In this document: positions 18,496-28,119 of the stretch, one piece after another
How positions within the stretch are numbered: position 1 is the stretch's first letter
Layout: every line of letters starts with the position of its first letter
Origin: Candidatus Freyarchaeum deiterrae
Lineage (GTDB): Archaea > Asgardarchaeota > Jordiarchaeia > Jordiarchaeales > Jordiarchaeaceae
NCBI GenBank assembly: GCA_037305845.1
Contig: CP147778.1
Coordinates: 1,248,001 to 1,312,000 of the forward strand
Direction: 5' to 3'
Length of the DNA: 64,000 bases
Position numbers and translations under genes: made by a program
The notes under the pieces: model-generated
Seen by the model: the letters and a program-made list of their open reading frames with translations, nothing else
What the model was told of the DNA's origin: nothing
Database searches by the model: none

Positions 18496-20043
18496 ATGGT
18501 TGATGCATTTAATCAGGCTACTTGGAAAGAAAAAGAAAAAGTTTTGGAACCGCTTGTCTTTGAAATAAGCGTGCAGGGTAGAGTAGGACATATCTTACCG
18601 AAACCATGCGAGAAAGTTACGGTAGAAGTTGGAGACGTGTTAAAGGATATACCTGAAAAAATCAGGAGAAAAAACCCTATCGGTCTACCGGAAGTCTCGG
18701 AACCTCAACTGATGAGGCACTATCTCCATCTCGCCCAGATGAATTACGCTGTAGACTTGGGATTTTATCCTCTAGGTTCGTGTACAATGAAATACAATCC
18801 AAAAATAAACGAAGAGATAGCTAAAATGGATAAAATTTCTAGACTTCACCCGTACCAAGATGTATCCACAATTCAGGGTGCTTTGGAGCTACTCTACAAT
18901 TTTGAAAAAATGCTCGCAGAGATTTCGGGAATGGGGCGAGTCACCTTACAGCCGTCAGCAGGAGCTCACGGTGAATTTACCGGTCTCTGTATTATAAGAA
19001 AATACCACGAGGAAAAAGGAGAATTAGAGAATAGAAGAGAGATAATTGTGCCTGATTCAGCTCATGGAACGAACCCAGCAAGCGTGAGTATGGCGGGCTT
19101 CAACGTTGTAACCATCCCCTCATCCACAGATGGGTGTGTTGACCTAGAAGCGTTAAGAAGCGCGACCGGAGAACAAACGGCTGGCCTAATGCTCACCAAC
19201 CCAAACACACTCGGCATATTCGAAGAAGACATACTAGAAATTTCCAACATTATTCATAATAGCGGCGGTCTCCTGTATTATGATGGAGCCAATCTGAATG
19301 GAGTCCTCAATAAGGTTCGACCGGGAGACATGGGATTTGACATTGTTCACTTTAACCTACACAAAACCTTTTCCACACCACACGGAGGAGGAGGGCCCGG
19401 CGCAGGCCCTGTGGGAGTAAAAAATGAACTAGTCTCATACCTACCAGTACCAACAGTTGAGTATGACGAAGAAAAGGGTGCCTATTATTTGGATTATAAC
19501 AGGCCTAAGTCGGTGGGGAAGGTAAAAGGATTCTACGGGAACTTCGGAGTCATTGTTAAAGCCTACTCATATATTCTTTCTCTTGGAACCGAGGGGTTGA
19601 ATGAGGTTGCTGAGGTTGCGGTTCTCAATGCCAATTATTTGGCAGAAAAAATCAAAGAAATACCGGGATTCAGCCTTCCCTATGCCACAAATAAACCCCG
19701 CAAACACGAGTGTGTAATAAGCGCGGCGCAGTTAAAGGCCGAAACAGGTGTCACCGCCTTAGATGTAGCAAAGAGAATACTGGATTTTGGAATACATGCA
19801 CCAGTTGTTTATTTTCCACAGATAGTTGAGGAGGCGCTGATGATAGAACCAACAGAAAGCGAAACCAAAGAAACACTTGACAGATTCATATCAATAATGA
19901 AGAAAATATCCGACGAGGCCTACAATACACCAGAAAAGATTTTGAGCGCCCCACATCACACCTCAGTGAGGAGAGTAAATGAAGTTATGGCGGCAAGAAA
20001 ACCAATCCTGAGTTGGAGAATGTATCAAAAATATAAGGAGTAA
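18496..20043 (+). CDS. gcvPB: Glycine dehydrogenase (decarboxylating) subunit 2
   Basis: PLGSCTMKYN, SAHGTNPAS, NLHKTFSTPHGGGGPG, IEPTESE. Confidence 0.96.
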   Translation: MVDAFNQATWKEKEKVLEPLVFEISVQGRVGHILPKPCEKVTVEVGDVLKDIPEKIRRKNPIGLPEVSEPQLMRHYLHLAQMNYAVDLGFYPLGSCTMKYNPKINEEIAKMDKISRLHPYQDVSTIQGALELLYNFEKMLAEISGMGRVTLQPSAGAHGEFTGLCIIRKYHEEKGELENRREIIVPDSAHGTNPASVSMAGFNVVTIPSSTDGCVDLEALRSATGEQTAGLMLTNPNTLGIFEEDILEISNIIHNSGGLLYYDGANLNGVLNKVRPGDMGFDIVHFNLHKTFSTPHGGGGPGAGPVGVKNELVSYLPVPTVEYDEEKGAYYLDYNRPKSVGKVKGFYGNFGVIVKAYSYILSLGTEGLNEVAEVAVLNANYLAEKIKEIPGFSLPYATNKPRKHECVISAAQLKAETGVTALDVAKRILDFGIHAPVVYFPQIVEEALMIEPTESETKETLDRFISIMKKISDEAYNTPEKILSAPHHTSVRRVNEVMAARKPILSWRMYQKYKE

Positions 20044-20088
20044 TTGTATCGCTACTATAAACAGCTAGGCATACAGTTATCCAAGACT

Positions 20089-21234
20089 CTAGATGCTCTT
20101 GCTTTTTAACTCTTGGAGTAACTTCATCAGATCCACTGCTCTAGCCAGTCTAGCTTTTTCTTTTATCACTACCTCCAACCTTGTGCCAGGCTCGGAGAAC
20201 TCTGGATTCACATATCCCATTCCTATGCCCATTTTTCCGTGAGTTATTGTTATGCCACCACTCGTGACTACACCTATTTCCTTGCCTTCGTGGAGAATCT
20301 TGTAGTGAGGCCGAGGAATACCCTTCTCGTCCATAGCTATTCCAATCCTTATTCGGGGGAGTGGTAGATCTTTAAGCTTCATCAATTTTCTTTTTCCAAC
20401 AAAATTTTCTTTTTCAAGATTTACGAACTGTCCTAGTTTTGCTTCAAAGGGATTTGTTTTCTCGTCCATGTCGTTTCCGTAGAGAGGCAAACCAGCCTCC
20501 AGCCTCAAGCTGTCTCTAGCTCCCAATCCGCAGGGTAAAATTTCAAACTCTTTCCCCGCCTCCAGAATACTATTCCAGAGATCAAAAGCTTTCCGAGGAT
20601 TGTTTAGGGGTACATTGTACTGAATAATTTCAAAACCATCTTCACCAGTGTATCCAGTTCTTGAAACCATACATGCTTGATTTGAAACCTCAGTATTAAT
20701 GAAATTAAAACGCTTCAATGTGGAAATGTCTGAGTGAAACAGTTTCTGTAAGGTTTTTTGTGCTGAGGGACCCTGAACAGCGAACATGGGTGTTAGTTCA
20801 GAAGTATCATTTATTTTTACCTTAAAGCCCTCAGATTTTTTAAGGAGCCAATTAAAATCCTTCTCTCTATTTCCAGCGTTCACCACTAGAAGGCTTTTCT
20901 CATCATCAAAATAGTTTGTTATAATGTCGTCAATTATCCCCCCATTCTCGTTAAGCAGAAGACTATACTTGCAAGTGCCCCTATTTAGCCCCTTCAAATT
21001 TCTCGATGTAACATACTCAAGAAAATTCACAGAATCAGATCCCAAAACCTCGAATCTACCCATATGGGTCACGTCAAAAACACCAACACTGTTCCTAACC
21101 GCCAAGTGCTCCTTTATGATACCGTATTGCTTGTACTCAACAGGCATTTCGAAGCCAGAAAAGCTGGTCATATACGCCCTTTCAATATGCCAACCATACA
21201 GATGGGTTCTTCTAAGATTTCCTTCCTCACTCAT
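20089..21234 (-). CDS. gcvT: Glycine cleavage system aminomethyltransferase T
   Basis: FDVTHMG, GGIIDD, AVQGP, SRTGYTGEDGFE, GLGARDSLRLEAG. ATG 21234 after GGTGG (track start 21270). Confidence 0.95.
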   Translation of the reverse strand: MSEEGNLRRTHLYGWHIERAYMTSFSGFEMPVEYKQYGIIKEHLAVRNSVGVFDVTHMGRFEVLGSDSVNFLEYVTSRNLKGLNRGTCKYSLLLNENGGIIDDIITNYFDDEKSLLVVNAGNREKDFNWLLKKSEGFKVKINDTSELTPMFAVQGPSAQKTLQKLFHSDISTLKRFNFINTEVSNQACMVSRTGYTGEDGFEIIQYNVPLNNPRKAFDLWNSILEAGKEFEILPCGLGARDSLRLEAGLPLYGNDMDEKTNPFEAKLGQFVNLEKENFVGKRKLMKLKDLPLPRIRIGIAMDEKGIPRPHYKILHEGKEIGVVTSGGITITHGKMGIGMGYVNPEFSEPGTRLEVVIKEKARLARAVDLMKLLQELKSKSI

Positions 21235-21426
21235 AAAACCACCTTTAGAAAAATTTAGCCATTTTTTCACTATTTTGATGTAATTTTACAAGATAAGTAA
21301 CATATTCTATAATAGAATAAGTTATTCCAAGATATAAGACTTAAAAATCATGAAATACATAGTTGGACTGTAAAATATTCGTCGAGTAATATTCTTATCT
21401 CGTCTAATCTAAAAGAGGTAGTCAAA

Positions 21427-22419
21427 TTGAACTTTTTGGAAATGGCAGAGTTCTACGAAAAACTTGCAAAGAAGAGCGTATCGTTCCGGAAAAAAGATTT
21501 CATGAACGCGGGCTATTGGTACAGTAGCGCGGCTGATTGTTACCAAGTTGAGGGAGACGACGAAAAACTTCGTGCATTAAAGGATTTAGCGCTAAAATGT
21601 TTCTTGAGCTATTTAGAGGAATCCAGAAAAAGTAACATAAGAACCGAGACCGGTCAAGTTTACTTATGGATTTCCGGTATTTACAGATCATTGGAACAAC
21701 CAGATAAGTTTCACAACTATGCAACCAAAGCGGCGGAAGCTTTTTCTCTAACAGCTGATATTCTGGCAAAAAATAACAAAACGGCTCTCCAAGCCATCGT
21801 ATGCTATTATGATTCCGCCAACTGCTATTGGCTAGCCGGAGACAAGAAAACTTTCGTAAAAAAGTATGGAAAAGCGTTAAACGTTTACCGTCAGAAAAGC
21901 AGAAGCAGCAAAATTGGATTCTCCCCCGTACTGCTAGCCTGCTGTTATTATAGAATGGGTGAGTACAAAAAGGCTATTGACATCTTGGAAAAGGAGCTTG
22001 AAAACGAGAACCTTTCCTGCCTGGTATTCTCAAACATTCACTTAATTTTGGGGTGTTATTATCTGGAAAATATGGATAAAAAAAAGGCTAAAGAACACTT
22101 TGAGGGAGCAAAAATTTCTCCTGATGCTGAAAAATTATCGGCTATAGAACTGGTTACACAAGCCCTCTGCCAATTGATGTTGAATAATAGTGAAAACGCC
22201 ACGGAACTAGCGGAATTATCGGTGAAAATCACGTCCAAAATGCGGGATTACAATATGAAACAGTTGATACAAGAAATAGGGGGAATCGTAGTATACCTAG
22301 CAGGAAAAAAGCACTCCACAGTTGAAAAAATTATGGCCAGCTTGGAGTGGCAACACCTCGACCTTCCGCTCTACGATGCTCTAAGAATAATAACTGAAAA
22401 TAGAATAGGAAAGCGTTAA
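21427..22419 (+). CDS. TPR/alpha-SNAP-like helical repeat protein
   Basis: Repeated A-x-x-Y-x-x-(A/S)-A-x-C-Y helices; TPR-like LACCYYRMGEYKKAIDILEK. Confidence 0.6.
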   Translation: MNFLEMAEFYEKLAKKSVSFRKKDFMNAGYWYSSAADCYQVEGDDEKLRALKDLALKCFLSYLEESRKSNIRTETGQVYLWISGIYRSLEQPDKFHNYATKAAEAFSLTADILAKNNKTALQAIVCYYDSANCYWLAGDKKTFVKKYGKALNVYRQKSRSSKIGFSPVLLACCYYRMGEYKKAIDILEKELENENLSCLVFSNIHLILGCYYLENMDKKKAKEHFEGAKISPDAEKLSAIELVTQALCQLMLNNSENATELAELSVKITSKMRDYNMKQLIQEIGGIVVYLAGKKHSTVEKIMASLEWQHLDLPLYDALRIITENRIGKR

Positions 22420-22446
22420 CAGAATCCTAGCATTTCTAGTTTTGCA

Positions 22447-22953
22447 TTAAGCGTAGTATCTTGTGGTTTCTTGGCTGAAATTTTTAACTATTTCAATTTT
22501 CATATCGGAAGCATCAATCTCCGGTGTCGGGTAAGTTATGTACGGGAAGAAGTAGCTGATGCCTTTATCTCCCATCTGTGTTGCGGGATGATCCTCTCCT
22601 AGGAGTTCCCTGCTTATCTCAATAGTTAGGTAACGAACGGTGTTCTCGTCAAGCACACCCAAACTGTGAAGATACTCATGAAGCAATAGATGAAAAACGT
22701 AAGCATTGTAATATTCGGGTGATTGTTCTTTTACCCGTCTTAGAGGAGTTTTATTTAAAACAATTAATTCGGAACCCACTGGATGGAAGGCGCCCACAAG
22801 ATAGCTTCCCTGAGCCCCCAAGTCGCTTAGTCCTAACATTACGGCTCTGCGTGACTTGTACTTGCTCATAACGGCGGCCTCAACCAAGCTGAAGATTTCG
22901 GTAAAGGATTTAGAATTATTTAACCTATTAACAAATTCTTCTTGTTTGACCAA
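22447..22953 (-). CDS. Small zincin-like HExxH protein
   Basis: LLHEYLHSLG. Confidence 0.65.
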   Translation of the reverse strand: MVKQEEFVNRLNNSKSFTEIFSLVEAAVMSKYKSRRAVMLGLSDLGAQGSYLVGAFHPVGSELIVLNKTPLRRVKEQSPEYYNAYVFHLLLHEYLHSLGVLDENTVRYLTIEISRELLGEDHPATQMGDKGISYFFPYITYPTPEIDASDMKIEIVKNFSQETTRYYA

Positions 22954-23234
22954 AAGAAAGCATCTCCTCTTTTAATGTTTATTAAAAATTAATCACTCGA
23001 CCTAATTATATATTCCAAATTTTTGCTTATATTGACTAAGTTTCCTATTACATAAAAAAACAACCTAAAATCTCAAAAATTACAAATTTATACTTGATGT
23101 GAAGAACTGCTCCTTAACAGATGAAGATAAGTTTCAAAAAGAGTAATAAGCTACTTTATTTAAAAGATTAAACTCAAATATTCTGACAAGATTAATTTTC
23201 AACTCTTACTTAGCAGAATTTGGAGCGTGAAGAT

Positions 23235-24017
23235 ATGAAGAAAGACCAGAAGCTTGAAGAATTTAAAAAAAGATACGAAAGTAAAGGCGCCCCCAAACTA
23301 TTGCTACGTTTAGTAGCGTACCTTTCTGTAGCCTCGATAATTGCCATGATCCCTATTGTAGGGATATCATACCTGCTTTTAGAAATTGTACCTCTAATTA
23401 TTAAAATGGATATTCCTTGGTACCTCTTAATCTCTCTAGCCCCGGTTTACGTAGTTCTAGCGAGATGGGTTTTTAACTGGGTTCTCATTGCCATCGGGCG
23501 ATTAACGTTAAAACCAGTGGAAGAAGGAGAATACGAGATGGACGTAAGCAATAAAAACGTTAAAAACTGGTTAATTAACGGTTTAGGAACCACACTCGCC
23601 CTACACTATGTTGGATTCCAACCTTTCGGCATGCCCGCCTTTAGCAAATATGTACTTGGATTTCTGGGAGCAAAGATGGGCTATGCAACACAGGCGGACT
23701 TTTTTGCAGATCCTTACCTAGCGGAATTCGGAGACACAACCATGATCGGCGGAGGAGCAATTTCATCAGGACACGCCTTTACTAGTGGCCGACTGCTTAT
23801 AGGAAAAATAAAACTCGGAAGAAATGTGACAATCGGCGCGAATTCAGTAGTATTTCCAGGCGTAGAAATTGGGGATAACAGCATCGTAGCTACGGTATCG
23901 AGTGTAGCATACAAAACAAAAATTCCACCAAATCAGCTGTGGGCTGGAAATCCTGCGCATCAGATAGGGACAATAACCAAAGACGGAAAAATAAAGATGC
24001 TAGAAAAAGAAAAATAA
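23235..24017 (+). CDS. Membrane-bound hexapeptide-repeat acyltransferase
   Basis: N-terminal transmembrane helices; IKLGRNVTIGANSVVFPGVEIGDNSIV; WAGNPA. Confidence 0.8.
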   Translation: MKKDQKLEEFKKRYESKGAPKLLLRLVAYLSVASIIAMIPIVGISYLLLEIVPLIIKMDIPWYLLISLAPVYVVLARWVFNWVLIAIGRLTLKPVEEGEYEMDVSNKNVKNWLINGLGTTLALHYVGFQPFGMPAFSKYVLGFLGAKMGYATQADFFADPYLAEFGDTTMIGGGAISSGHAFTSGRLLIGKIKLGRNVTIGANSVVFPGVEIGDNSIVATVSSVAYKTKIPPNQLWAGNPAHQIGTITKDGKIKMLEKEK

Positions 24018-24212
24018 CATCTTCCCATATTTAACCTTCTACACAGAACTAGTAAAAAACGCTGTTTTTTTTAGCGGTTATTCTTTCTTTTATTCATTTG
24101 TAATGGGTGAGATTAGACGATTGTTTTTAATTTTAGTTGAAAGCTAGTCAATTTTTCACCATAAAGAATTTAACCTCTTTTGTAAATAGTCCATAGCATT
24201 GGTGTATGGTTA

Positions 24213-25646
24213 ATGCCAGATTCGAAGGTTATAATCTTAGACTCAACTCTACGTGAGGGAGAACAAACTCCCGGCGTTTCTTTTAAAATAGACGAGAAAT
24301 TGGATATTGCTAGGAAGTTAGATGAGATAGGCGTTGGAATGATAGAGGCAGGCTCCCCTATAGTATCAGAGGGAGTGAAAGAAGCCGTAAAAAGAATAGG
24401 GAAAGAAGATCTAAAGGCTGAGGTAATAAGTCACATAAGACCTGTGCTGAGCGACATAGACTTGTCTCTAGAGTGTGACGTAGACAGAGTCGCCATTTTC
24501 ATTGGTACATCACAGAGCCATCGTGAAGCCAAGTTAAAAATGAGCAAGGAGCAGATCGTGGATAAGGTTTTGGAAGCAATCGTCTATGCTAGAGATCACG
24601 GCTTAAAGGTACGCTTCACCCCAGAAGACGCTACACGAACAGAGTTCGATTACCTTCTGCGTATCTGCAGGAAAGCCGCTGAGGCCGGAGCCGACCGGAT
24701 AAGTGTAGCGGACACTGTAGGCATCATGACACCCACTCAGATGTACGACCTAGTCTCAAAGATTCATGGAAAAATAAAGGCAGAATTAGACGTACACTGC
24801 CATAATGACTTGGGGTTGGCTGTGGCGAATTGTTTAGCAGGAGTACAGGCTGGAGCTACCGCGGTGCATACAACGGTAAATGGGCTGGGGGAGAGAACTG
24901 GAATCGCTTCTCTTTCGGAAGTTCCCGTCGCACTGAAGGTGCTCTTGGGTATTGATACTGGAATCAAATTCGAACTTCTCTCTGAGTTATCCACTATGGT
25001 TGAGAGGTACAGCGGTGTTTACATTTCCCCGACTACTCCCATCATAGGTTCAAACGCCTTTTCACACAAGGCAGGAATCCACACCTCTGCGGTGCTTGTA
25101 AACCCGCAGACCTACGAAGCGTTCGACCCAGCTTTGATAGGTAGAGGAAGAAAAATAATTGTGGATAAGTATGCGGGTAGACACGCTGTGAAAGCTATGC
25201 TAGACGAAATGGGGATAATAGTTAATGATGACCAGCTCAATCAAGTAACCAAGGAAATAAAAAATGTAGCGGACAAAAAGAAGCGCATAGAAGACTCAGA
25301 CATCATAGCAATAGCAGAAAAAATTCTGGGACACAAAGTAAGTGGAGAAGCTCCGGAACAGCTTACCGGAATAGTCTCCATCAAAACAGAACCCCACATC
25401 TACACCACAAATATTATCAGAAGAATAGTCGGTATCAACGGAGTTTTTGAAGCCTTTGAAACCAGTGGAGATTACGACATAATCACATACGTTCAAGCGA
25501 AAGACGTGGCAGCACTAAACGAATGCCTAGAAGCTATTAGAAACACAAAAGGAGTGGAAGCCACAACCACAAGGGTAGTACTAAAACGATTCCAAGGAAA
25601 CGGAAAACAAAAAGATGAAAACAAAAAACCATGGAAAATCTTCTAA
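24213..25646 (+). CDS. Homocitrate synthase / LeuA-family DRE-TIM enzyme with C-terminal Lrp/AsnC-type (RAM) domain
   Basis: DSTLREGEQ, EDATR, ADTVG, HCHNDLG, GLGERTG, HKAGIH; C-terminal ETSGDYDII. Confidence 0.85.
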   Translation: MPDSKVIILDSTLREGEQTPGVSFKIDEKLDIARKLDEIGVGMIEAGSPIVSEGVKEAVKRIGKEDLKAEVISHIRPVLSDIDLSLECDVDRVAIFIGTSQSHREAKLKMSKEQIVDKVLEAIVYARDHGLKVRFTPEDATRTEFDYLLRICRKAAEAGADRISVADTVGIMTPTQMYDLVSKIHGKIKAELDVHCHNDLGLAVANCLAGVQAGATAVHTTVNGLGERTGIASLSEVPVALKVLLGIDTGIKFELLSELSTMVERYSGVYISPTTPIIGSNAFSHKAGIHTSAVLVNPQTYEAFDPALIGRGRKIIVDKYAGRHAVKAMLDEMGIIVNDDQLNQVTKEIKNVADKKKRIEDSDIIAIAEKILGHKVSGEAPEQLTGIVSIKTEPHIYTTNIIRRIVGINGVFEAFETSGDYDIITYVQAKDVAALNECLEAIRNTKGVEATTTRVVLKRFQGNGKQKDENKKPWKIF

Positions 25647-25945
25647 AAACATAACATCGAAAAACCCAACTCAAAAACATCAAGAGAGAACACGCCCCAA
25701 TATTAAAAGAGAGACAGCAACCAAAGATCAAAATAGTACTAGAGCTGAACTTTTTGTGTCTGGAAAAACAAAAAGAAATAAATATCCCTCTGTGTCACTT
25801 TTCTTTACCTATTGGAGGTATATTAACGATGGGGTATTACCTTCCGAATAAATCAGGAAAATGATTCTAAATCCGAAAAGACTTTTGAGTTGACATACCT
25901 TTACCCCATGACATACCTACTAATTTTTCATCGAGGCAATAAACA

Positions 25946-26194
25946 TTGCAGAAACGAATAGGTATCAATGCATCTAAGTGTAGTACATGTAGAATATGCG
26001 AAATTTTCTGCGCTGTGTGGAATACAGGAACTGCGAATCCAAAGAAGGCTCACATAAGAGTGGTAAACATGTTTCCCACACCCAAAATCGAGTTTCTTGA
26101 AAGCTGTGATCTGTGTGAATCATTAGACGTTGAAACTCCGATTTGTGTAAGGTATTGCAATAGAAAAGCACTAGTGTTAAAGGAGGAAGACTGA
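25946..26194 (+). CDS. 4Fe-4S ferredoxin partner of AOR
   Basis: CSTCRICEIFC, CDLC...PICVRYC; abuts the aor start; SD GAGG. Confidence 0.85.
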   Translation: MQKRIGINASKCSTCRICEIFCAVWNTGTANPKKAHIRVVNMFPTPKIEFLESCDLCESLDVETPICVRYCNRKALVLKEED

Positions 26195-28015
26195 ATGCAA
26201 CTCGGAGGATATACTGGTACAAACTTACTAATAGACATAACAAACAAGAGCTTCAAAACAATCGATTGGCTTGAGCAGAAAAACGACTGGCTAAAGCTCG
26301 TTGGAGGAAGAGGATTCGGTGCAAAAATAATAGGGGAAAGCACAAACGCTGACACCAACCCTCTCAGTCCAGATAGCATAATAACACTTAACACCGGTCC
26401 ACTCACAGGTCTACCCATCCCCGGAGCTGGCAGAATATCAATGTGCGCAATTAGCCCTCTAACAGGAATTTGGGCTGACAGCAGTGTCGGAGGATCTGCG
26501 GGAGCAGAAATCAAACAAAGCGGATACGACTCGATTATCATAAAGGGAAGAAGCAAAAACCCAATTTATCTATACATTCATGATGAAGGCGTAGACTTCG
26601 AGAAGGCTAAACACCTGTGGGGTAAAGGAAGTTACGAAACAGAAACCATAATCAAAGATGAGTTAAACAACGACGCAAGAGTCCTAACCATAGGCCCCGC
26701 TGGAGAAAACCTTGTACTCTTTGCGTGTATCACAACAGACTACGGGCGTCAAGCGGGAAGAACAGGAATGGGAACAATCCTCGGATCAAAGAGAATCAAA
26801 GCCATTGCTATAAACGGAACAAAAGACGTACCGGTTTCGGATTTGAAAAAAGTTGTAGAAATCACTGACCAAGCCACAGAATTCATGAAAAAAGATGACC
26901 CCGAACGCTACAATATTTTCACCCGTCACGGCACAACCATGTCCCTAGAATGGGCCCAAGAGGTCGCTGTTTTACCAACCCGTAACTTTCAAGAGAACGT
27001 TTTTGAGCAATCGGAAAACATAAACGCGGAAAGCATAGAAGAAAAAATCAAAATAGCGGACAGAGGCTGCTACTGCTGCCCACTCGCCTGCGGAAAATTG
27101 ACAAGAACCCACGTCGACGGAGAACAGGTTTACGTTGAAGGACCTGAGTACGAGACCCTCGCTCTTCTCGGATCAAACTTAGGACTCGGAAACTTGGAAG
27201 CAATAGCAGCTGCGAACTATCTTTGCGACTACTATGGGATGGACACCATCTCAACAGGCGTAGTCATAGGATTCGCCATTGAATGCGCACAGCGTGGATT
27301 AATATCCCTAGACGGTTTAAAAGCCGAGTGGGGAAACACTGAAACCATACTAAACCTAATAGAAAAAATAGCGTATCGCAAGGGTTTGGGAAAAATATTG
27401 GCTCAGGGTGTAAAAAAGGCTGCGGAGAGCTTTGGTGGCGGCTGCCAATCCATAGCCATGCATGTAAAGGGGCTGGAACAATCAGGCTATGAAACAAGGT
27501 CCACACCGGGCATGTCCCTAGCGTACGGCACTTCAGATCTGGGAGCTCATCACAGCCGTTCCACAATTGTGGGATGGGAGACAAGAACTGATCGCTTTGG
27601 TATAACTAAGGAGAAAGTAGAAACACAGATACTGCTCCAGCATCAGCGCAGTCTATTTGATGCTTTGGGAACATGCCGATTTCAATGGTGTGAGTGCAAG
27701 CTCCCCTTCGAAGTCTATCCCAGATACTATGTTGCAGCCACAGGAATAGATGCGACTCAGGATGAATTGCTTCTTGGTTCAGAGCGAATATTTAATCTCA
27801 CCCGAATGATTAATGCCAGAAAGGGTATCTCAAGGAGGGACGATTATCCAGCAGCTAGGGTGTTCGAGGAATCACTGCCAAGTGGTCCATACAAGGGTAA
27901 AAAGATGGAGATGGAAGACTACGACAGACTATTAGATATGTACTATGAACTGCGAGGATGGGACAAGAACGGAATCCCCACCAAAGAAAAACTAGCAGCA
28001 CTAGGTCTTCTATAG
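26195..28015 (+). CDS. aor: Tungsten-type aldehyde:ferredoxin oxidoreductase family
   Basis: SPLTG, IGPAGENL, GRTGMG, CYCCPLAC, EGPEYET, GMDTISTG, YYELRGWD. Confidence 0.93.
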   Translation: MQLGGYTGTNLLIDITNKSFKTIDWLEQKNDWLKLVGGRGFGAKIIGESTNADTNPLSPDSIITLNTGPLTGLPIPGAGRISMCAISPLTGIWADSSVGGSAGAEIKQSGYDSIIIKGRSKNPIYLYIHDEGVDFEKAKHLWGKGSYETETIIKDELNNDARVLTIGPAGENLVLFACITTDYGRQAGRTGMGTILGSKRIKAIAINGTKDVPVSDLKKVVEITDQATEFMKKDDPERYNIFTRHGTTMSLEWAQEVAVLPTRNFQENVFEQSENINAESIEEKIKIADRGCYCCPLACGKLTRTHVDGEQVYVEGPEYETLALLGSNLGLGNLEAIAAANYLCDYYGMDTISTGVVIGFAIECAQRGLISLDGLKAEWGNTETILNLIEKIAYRKGLGKILAQGVKKAAESFGGGCQSIAMHVKGLEQSGYETRSTPGMSLAYGTSDLGAHHSRSTIVGWETRTDRFGITKEKVETQILLQHQRSLFDALGTCRFQWCECKLPFEVYPRYYVAATGIDATQDELLLGSERIFNLTRMINARKGISRRDDYPAARVFEESLPSGPYKGKKMEMEDYDRLLDMYYELRGWDKNGIPTKEKLAALGLL

Positions 28016-28119
28016 GATCCCCATTGATATAAGAATCCTGACAGCTGCTCTCTACTTATTTTTCATTTATGGATAAAAACAAGTTTGAAAACAAAAAAAG
28101 AATAGAGGAATTTTCAGTG

